A DNA stretch of 64,000 nt from an uncultured Clostridia bacterium (GTDB lineage: Bacteria; Bacillota; JAAYKD01; CAYOCI01), in contig CAYOCI010000004.1 in assembly GCA_964402415.1 (NCBI GenBank), positions 20,346 to 84,345 on the forward strand. Reading direction: 5' to 3'. Numbering within the stretch: the first letter of the stretch is position 1; every line of letters begins with the position of its first letter. Both the position numbers and the translations under genes were made by a program. The notes beneath the pieces are model-generated. The model made no database searches. It was not told the origin of the DNA and was given only the letters and a program-made list of their open reading frames with translations. Shown here one piece after another: positions 59,616-64,000 of the stretch.

Positions 59616-61478
59616 GTGCGTTTCGAAGAGGAACTGAAGATGCTTTCCGACAAGCCTGGGGTGTACCTGATGAAGGATGAAGAGGGGACAATCATCTACG
59701 TAGGGAAGGCGGTTTCGCTGCGGAACCGTGTTCGCTCCTACTTCCAGTCCTCCCGAAACCACAGCGTGAAGACCCAGGCGTTGGTTCGACAGATCGCCAG
59801 CTTCGAAACCATAGTCACCGATAACGAGGTCGAGGCGCTCAACCTCGAGAGCAACCTGATCAAGCAGTATCGCCCTCGCTATAATGTAAAGCTGAAAGAC
59901 GACAAACATTACCCATATCTGAAAGTGACAGTATACGAGCCTTTTCCTCGGCTCGTCATCGCCCGCCAGGTCAAGAAGGACGGGGCGCGCTATTTCGGTC
60001 CTTACCCAAACTCGGGAGCGGTACATGAAACCATAAAACTGCTGCGCAGGCTATTTCCCATCCGCAACTGCAAGAAGGAGCTAACTGGCGAGCCTGACGG
60101 ACGGGTCTGTCTGAATTTCCACATTAAGCGATGCATCGGGCCTTGACAGGGGAACTCAGTGAAGGCAGAGTATGATCACCTGATTCGCCAGGTCCTCATG
60201 TTTCTTGACGGTAAGCAAGATGAACTCATCCGTGAGCTGGAGACGAAGATGCAACAGGCGGCTGAGGAACTTGACTTTGAGCGTGCTGGCGAGCTCCGTG
60301 ACCAGGTTCAAGCGGTACGACGCATCACGGAGCGTCAGAAGATGGACTCTGGGGGTCTTGAAGACCGTGATGTTATCGCGATGGCGCGCGGTATCGATGA
60401 AGCAAACGTGCAGGTCTTCTTCATTCGCAATGGCAAAATGGTCGGACGCGAGAACTTCTTGCTTAGCGGCACTGAGGGGCAAGAGCGTGGGGAGGTCCTA
60501 GCTTCTTTCGTCAAGCAATACTATAGTGCCGCGACATTTGTCCCCAAAGAGCTGCTCCTTCAAGAAGAGGTCGATGAGGTCGAACTGCTGGAGAACTGGC
60601 TCTCACAGAAACGGGGCTATCGTGTGAGCATCTCCACGCCCAAACGGGGTGAGAAACGCGAGTTGGTGGAGATGGTGGCCAAGAACGCCTTGATGACGCT
60701 GACCCAGTCAGCGGAACGAGTGCGCAGCAGCTCCGAACAGGGACGCCTGGCCATGGAAGAGTTGAGGTACTACCTCAACCTGAAAGAGCTGCCGATGCGA
60801 ATTGAGGCCTATGATATCTCCAATATCCAGGGCAGTCAGACGGTCGCCTCCATGGTGGTCTTCTCCGGGGGGATGCCAGACCGCAATCAGTACCGTCGTT
60901 TCCGTATCAAGACCGTTGAGGGTCCCAATGACTTTGCCAGTATGCAGGAGGTCATCACCAGACGCTTCTCCCATGCGCGCAAGGAACAAGAGGCGATCGC
61001 CAACGGGGAGCTGGTGGCGGATAAGGCCAAGTTTGCACCTCTACCTGATCTGGTCCTAATCGACGGCGGCAAGGGACAACTAAGTGCTGCGCGTGAGATC
61101 ATGCGCCAGTTGGGTTTTGCTGACGTTGCCACTATTGGCTTAGCGAAGCAGTTTGAGTGGGTCTACGTGGAAGGAAAATCCGATCCCATCATTCTGCCTG
61201 ACCGTTCACGACCCCTATACCTTATTCAGCGGGTTCGCGACGAGGCACACCGCTTTGCCATCACCTATCACCGCACCATTCGTGGTCATGAGAGCCTGCA
61301 GTCTGCGCTGCGCGAGATACCCGGGATCGGCCCTACACGGCAAAAAGGCCTGCTTAAGCACTTCACCAGCCTGGAGAAGATCGCTGGTGCCGAGGTTCAA
61401 GAGCTCGCCGAGGTTCCGGGGATGAACGTGGCCGCTGCTGAAGAGGTATATCGTTTCTTTCGAAAGAAAGTAGAGTGA
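59616..61478 (+). CDS. uvrC: Excinuclease ABC subunit C, interrupted by an in-frame TGA at 60144-60146
   Basis: GIY-YIG domain (PGVYLM, IYVGKA), UVR domain, RIEAYDISN, PDLVLIDGGKGQ, RDEAHRFAI, HhH; both ORF parts lie in the same frame. May be a pseudogene, a recoded gene or an assembly error. Confidence 0.9.
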
Positions 61479-61654
61479 ATTGACCGAGCCCGCAGCCCAC
61501 AGCCCACAAAGGGACGGCTATCTCGGGGTGCGGAGCGACTCTCGAGGCCAGTTGAAAATACGATATGATACCGTTGCCCTTAGGGAGTCCACTGGCGGGC
61601 CCCTGGTCCTCAGACGGATCGCTCAAAACGGTTAACGGTACAGGGAGAGGTTTC

Positions 61655-62503
61655 ATGAGCCGTATTGCCATCGTCACCGACAGCACTGCGTATCTACCGG
61701 ATGGATACGCCCAGGAGCACCATGTACACATCCTACCATTGATGGTCGTCAGCGGCGATCGTTCCTATCTCGAAGGGGTTGACCTGAGCAACGACGATTT
61801 CTACTGTATGCTCCAGGCTGGTCAGGAGCTGCCGACCACTTCGCAGCCTGGCCTGGGAGCAACCGCTACGCTCTTTGAGCGCTTGGTAGCAGACCACTAC
61901 GATGAGGCTGTTTGCATTCATCTATCAAGCGGGATTAGCGGGACATATGCCACTACCGTGACCGCTGGCGGGATGATCCCAGGCATCAAGGTACAGGTCT
62001 TTGACTCGGAGATCAGCACCATGGTCCAGGGTTTCTATGTTCAGGAAGCAGTGCGTATGGTGGAAGCGGGCTGCGACAGCCAGGCGGTGATGGCGCATCT
62101 AGATGCGCTGAAGCGCAGGATGAGAGCGTACTTTGTGGTTGATGATCTGAACAACCTTTACAAAGGTGGTCGCCTACCCAAGATCGCCAGTACTGTAGGT
62201 GGCGCTCTACAGATCAAACCGATCCTTCATTTTCGCGAAGGCAAAATCGTGCCGTGCGAGTTGGCCAGAACCATGCGGCGGGCGATGAGCAACATTGTCG
62301 AGAGGTTCGAGAGTGATGCTCAGTGTGGTCAGCCGATGCGTGCGGTCCTGGTCCACGGGCACGCGCCCGAAGAGGCTGCTGCCCTGATGGAAGAGATCAG
62401 CGCTCGTTACCCGCATGTCGAGGTGGTCATCAGCGAGATAGGGCCCGTGATCGGAACCCATCTGGGGGCGGGCTCACTTGGTTTAGGCTGGTATATCAAA
62501 TAG
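61655..62503 (+). CDS. degV: DegV family fatty-acid-binding protein
   Basis: IAIVTDSTAYLP, PTTSQPG, IHLSSGISGTY, NLYKGGR, IKPIL, GPVIGTHLGAG. Confidence 0.94.
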   Translation: MSRIAIVTDSTAYLPDGYAQEHHVHILPLMVVSGDRSYLEGVDLSNDDFYCMLQAGQELPTTSQPGLGATATLFERLVADHYDEAVCIHLSSGISGTYATTVTAGGMIPGIKVQVFDSEISTMVQGFYVQEAVRMVEAGCDSQAVMAHLDALKRRMRAYFVVDDLNNLYKGGRLPKIASTVGGALQIKPILHFREGKIVPCELARTMRRAMSNIVERFESDAQCGQPMRAVLVHGHAPEEAAALMEEISARYPHVEVVISEIGPVIGTHLGAGSLGLGWYIK

Positions 62504-62815
62504 GAGCGGCAATGCCGCTCCTATTTGATATACCAGTAGCCCAAAGCCCAGCGACCTACGGTCGAGCCCAAAGGCCAACGTAAGGGACAAGGGGCAACGA
62601 GTACAGCGCATCTAAGGACCTTCGTGCAGTCGCGAAGTCATGCGACGGTTTGGTGTGTTCGATAGGCGATAGGATGAATATGGCACCCGCGTCAGCCATC
62701 GGATAGTCGATGATGGGGCAGGAATAGCTCGGACTCATCTCGAAACCTAGGAGTCCAAACACCTTTGGGCTTTGGCCTTTGGACTCCGCGTACTACGCGG
62801 CGAGGGGGGAAGACG

Positions 62816-63565
62816 ATGAGCACCGCGCCTGACTCATGGGCTCGACACCTGGATGAGGCGATCATGATCAAGGGGGGGACGATCGTTCCCCACCTGTTAC
62901 TGGATTACCAGACCGAACTCCGCCTCTCTGACCGTGAGATGCTGGTGATCATCAACCTGATTCGATTGCGCACCACGCAGCCGCAACCGGTATCACTCAC
63001 TGACTACCTGATGGATCGCCTCAAGATTGATCGCACCGAGGCGCGCTATCTGCTATTTCAACTGGACAGCAAGGGCTACGTGGCCAGCATCAAAGAGTCA
63101 GGCAGTACACGGGTGACGGGGGTTTCCCTAACGCCGCTTTATGATCGGCTGATGCAATTTTATGCCCGCGATACCATCAACCCTCCAGTCCCTCAGCCCA
63201 TGCCGAAGACCAGCCATCTGCTCAGATCATTTGAGCAGGCGTTCCCTCGCGGGCTCACTCCGTGGGAGTATGAGATGACGGTTAAGTGGCAGGAAGAGGA
63301 TGGCTGGCCAGAAGAGATCATCGCCGAAGCGCTGAAGATTGCCGCTCTACGGCGGAAGCTTAACTTCACCTACATTGATCGCATTCTCTACAACTGGCAG
63401 GTCAATCAACTCGATACTCTCGAGAAGATCAAGGAGCACGATGCCTTCTTCCGTGCCTCGCGGGCGCGAGGACCAGCCAAGAGGCGGTCTAAAGACGGTG
63501 TTCAGGTAAAGGATGAGACCAAGGCCGCAGAAAGGAAAAAGCTCTATGACGACATCTACGAATAG
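62816..63565 (+). CDS. dnaD: DnaD domain replication protein
   Basis: N-terminal wHTH (LSDREMLVII), C-terminal FEQAFPRGLTPWE...ALKIA...NFTYIDRILYNW. Confidence 0.85.
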   Translation: MSTAPDSWARHLDEAIMIKGGTIVPHLLLDYQTELRLSDREMLVIINLIRLRTTQPQPVSLTDYLMDRLKIDRTEARYLLFQLDSKGYVASIKESGSTRVTGVSLTPLYDRLMQFYARDTINPPVPQPMPKTSHLLRSFEQAFPRGLTPWEYEMTVKWQEEDGWPEEIIAEALKIAALRRKLNFTYIDRILYNWQVNQLDTLEKIKEHDAFFRASRARGPAKRRSKDGVQVKDETKAAERKKLYDDIYE

Positions 63566-64000
63566 GCGCGTTCAGAAGGAGCTAGCCCACTGGCAGAAGG
63601 TCGATGAGATCCATCGCAGCCATCCCGAACTTCTGCGCCTCGAGCAGGAGTTGCAGCAGACCCTAACCTCAGTCCTGCGACGGCAGATCGGTCAGGGTCG
63701 CGAAACTGTTGATGAGCTTCAGGAGCGACTGAGAGCATTGACCGCCGAGCGCTCAGCCCTCTTGCAGCGTTTACAGATACCTGACGATTATCAGGTACCT
63801 GACTATGACTGTCCTCTCTGTCAGGACAATGGTTATATTTACGAGGATGGGCGCTATCAGGTCTGCAGCTGTGAGAAGACACGGCAACTGCAGATCCGGT
63901 TTGCCTCCGCTAAGATATCGGAACGGATGCGTCACCAGAACTTCACTAACTTCTCGCTGGATCACTATGCGGATGATCAGGTTGACGAGCGCGGTGTCAG
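63546..64000 (+). CDS. DnaC/DnaI-like helicase loader, 3' truncated
   Basis: Own translation from ATG 63546: coiled coil, CPLCQDNGY...CSC Zn motif, then NFTNFSLDHY; overlaps the dnaD stop. Confidence 0.85.
   Translation, partial: MTTSTNRRVQKELAHWQKVDEIHRSHPELLRLEQELQQTLTSVLRRQIGQGRETVDELQERLRALTAERSALLQRLQIPDDYQVPDYDCPLCQDNGYIYEDGRYQVCSCEKTRQLQIRFASAKISERMRHQNFTNFSLDHYADDQVDERGV

Noticed and set aside
1-64000. tRNA, rRNA, tmRNA, IS transposase or prophage genes
   Set aside because: No recognisable signatures found by eye; a tRNAscan/Rfam run would confirm.

Overview
This is a GC-rich Bacillota (Firmicutes) chromosomal segment; no rRNA, tRNA, CRISPR array, transposase or phage genes were recognised. 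Gene order: 5'-truncated Cys-rich hypothetical gene, recD2, a four-helix-bundle (IVS/Avd-like) gene, comFC, then a late flagellar cluster (yvyF, flgM, two flgN-like genes, flgK, flgL, yviE-like, fliW, csrA, flagellin, flaG, fliD, fliS, fliT/flgN-like). Next come a zinc-ribbon gene, hpf, two hypothetical genes, a small peptide/membrane HD-GYP/DUF5317-like module, secA and prfB (programmed +1 frameshift). These are followed by two DUF5693-like genes, csaB, tagA/wecG, split transketolase, rnj, ftsEX, an M23 peptidase, ctpA, a minJ-like PDZ gene, two polysaccharide deacetylases, uvrB and uvrA. The window ends with membrane peptidases, a transglutaminase-like repeat protein, uvrC (interrupted by an in-frame TGA), degV, dnaD and a truncated dnaC-like gene. 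The most striking non-genic feature is that most wider intergenic gaps carry short 7-mer (one family 8-mer) tandem arrays of fixed polarity. Many occur as inverted pairs, with the left arm at or overlapping the upstream stop codon and the right arm just before the next RBS. One pair brackets the four-helix-bundle gene, and a near-identical pair occurs without the gene. Other leads: an unannotated 28-aa peptide ORF before the HD-GYP/DUF5317-like genes, a discoidin/CBM32-like domain inserted in FliD, a TGA at a conserved Cys of UvrC, a catalytically degenerate transglutaminase-like surface protein behind a candidate structured leader RNA, and several REP-like repeat families. All family assignments come from motif recognition by eye, not database searches.
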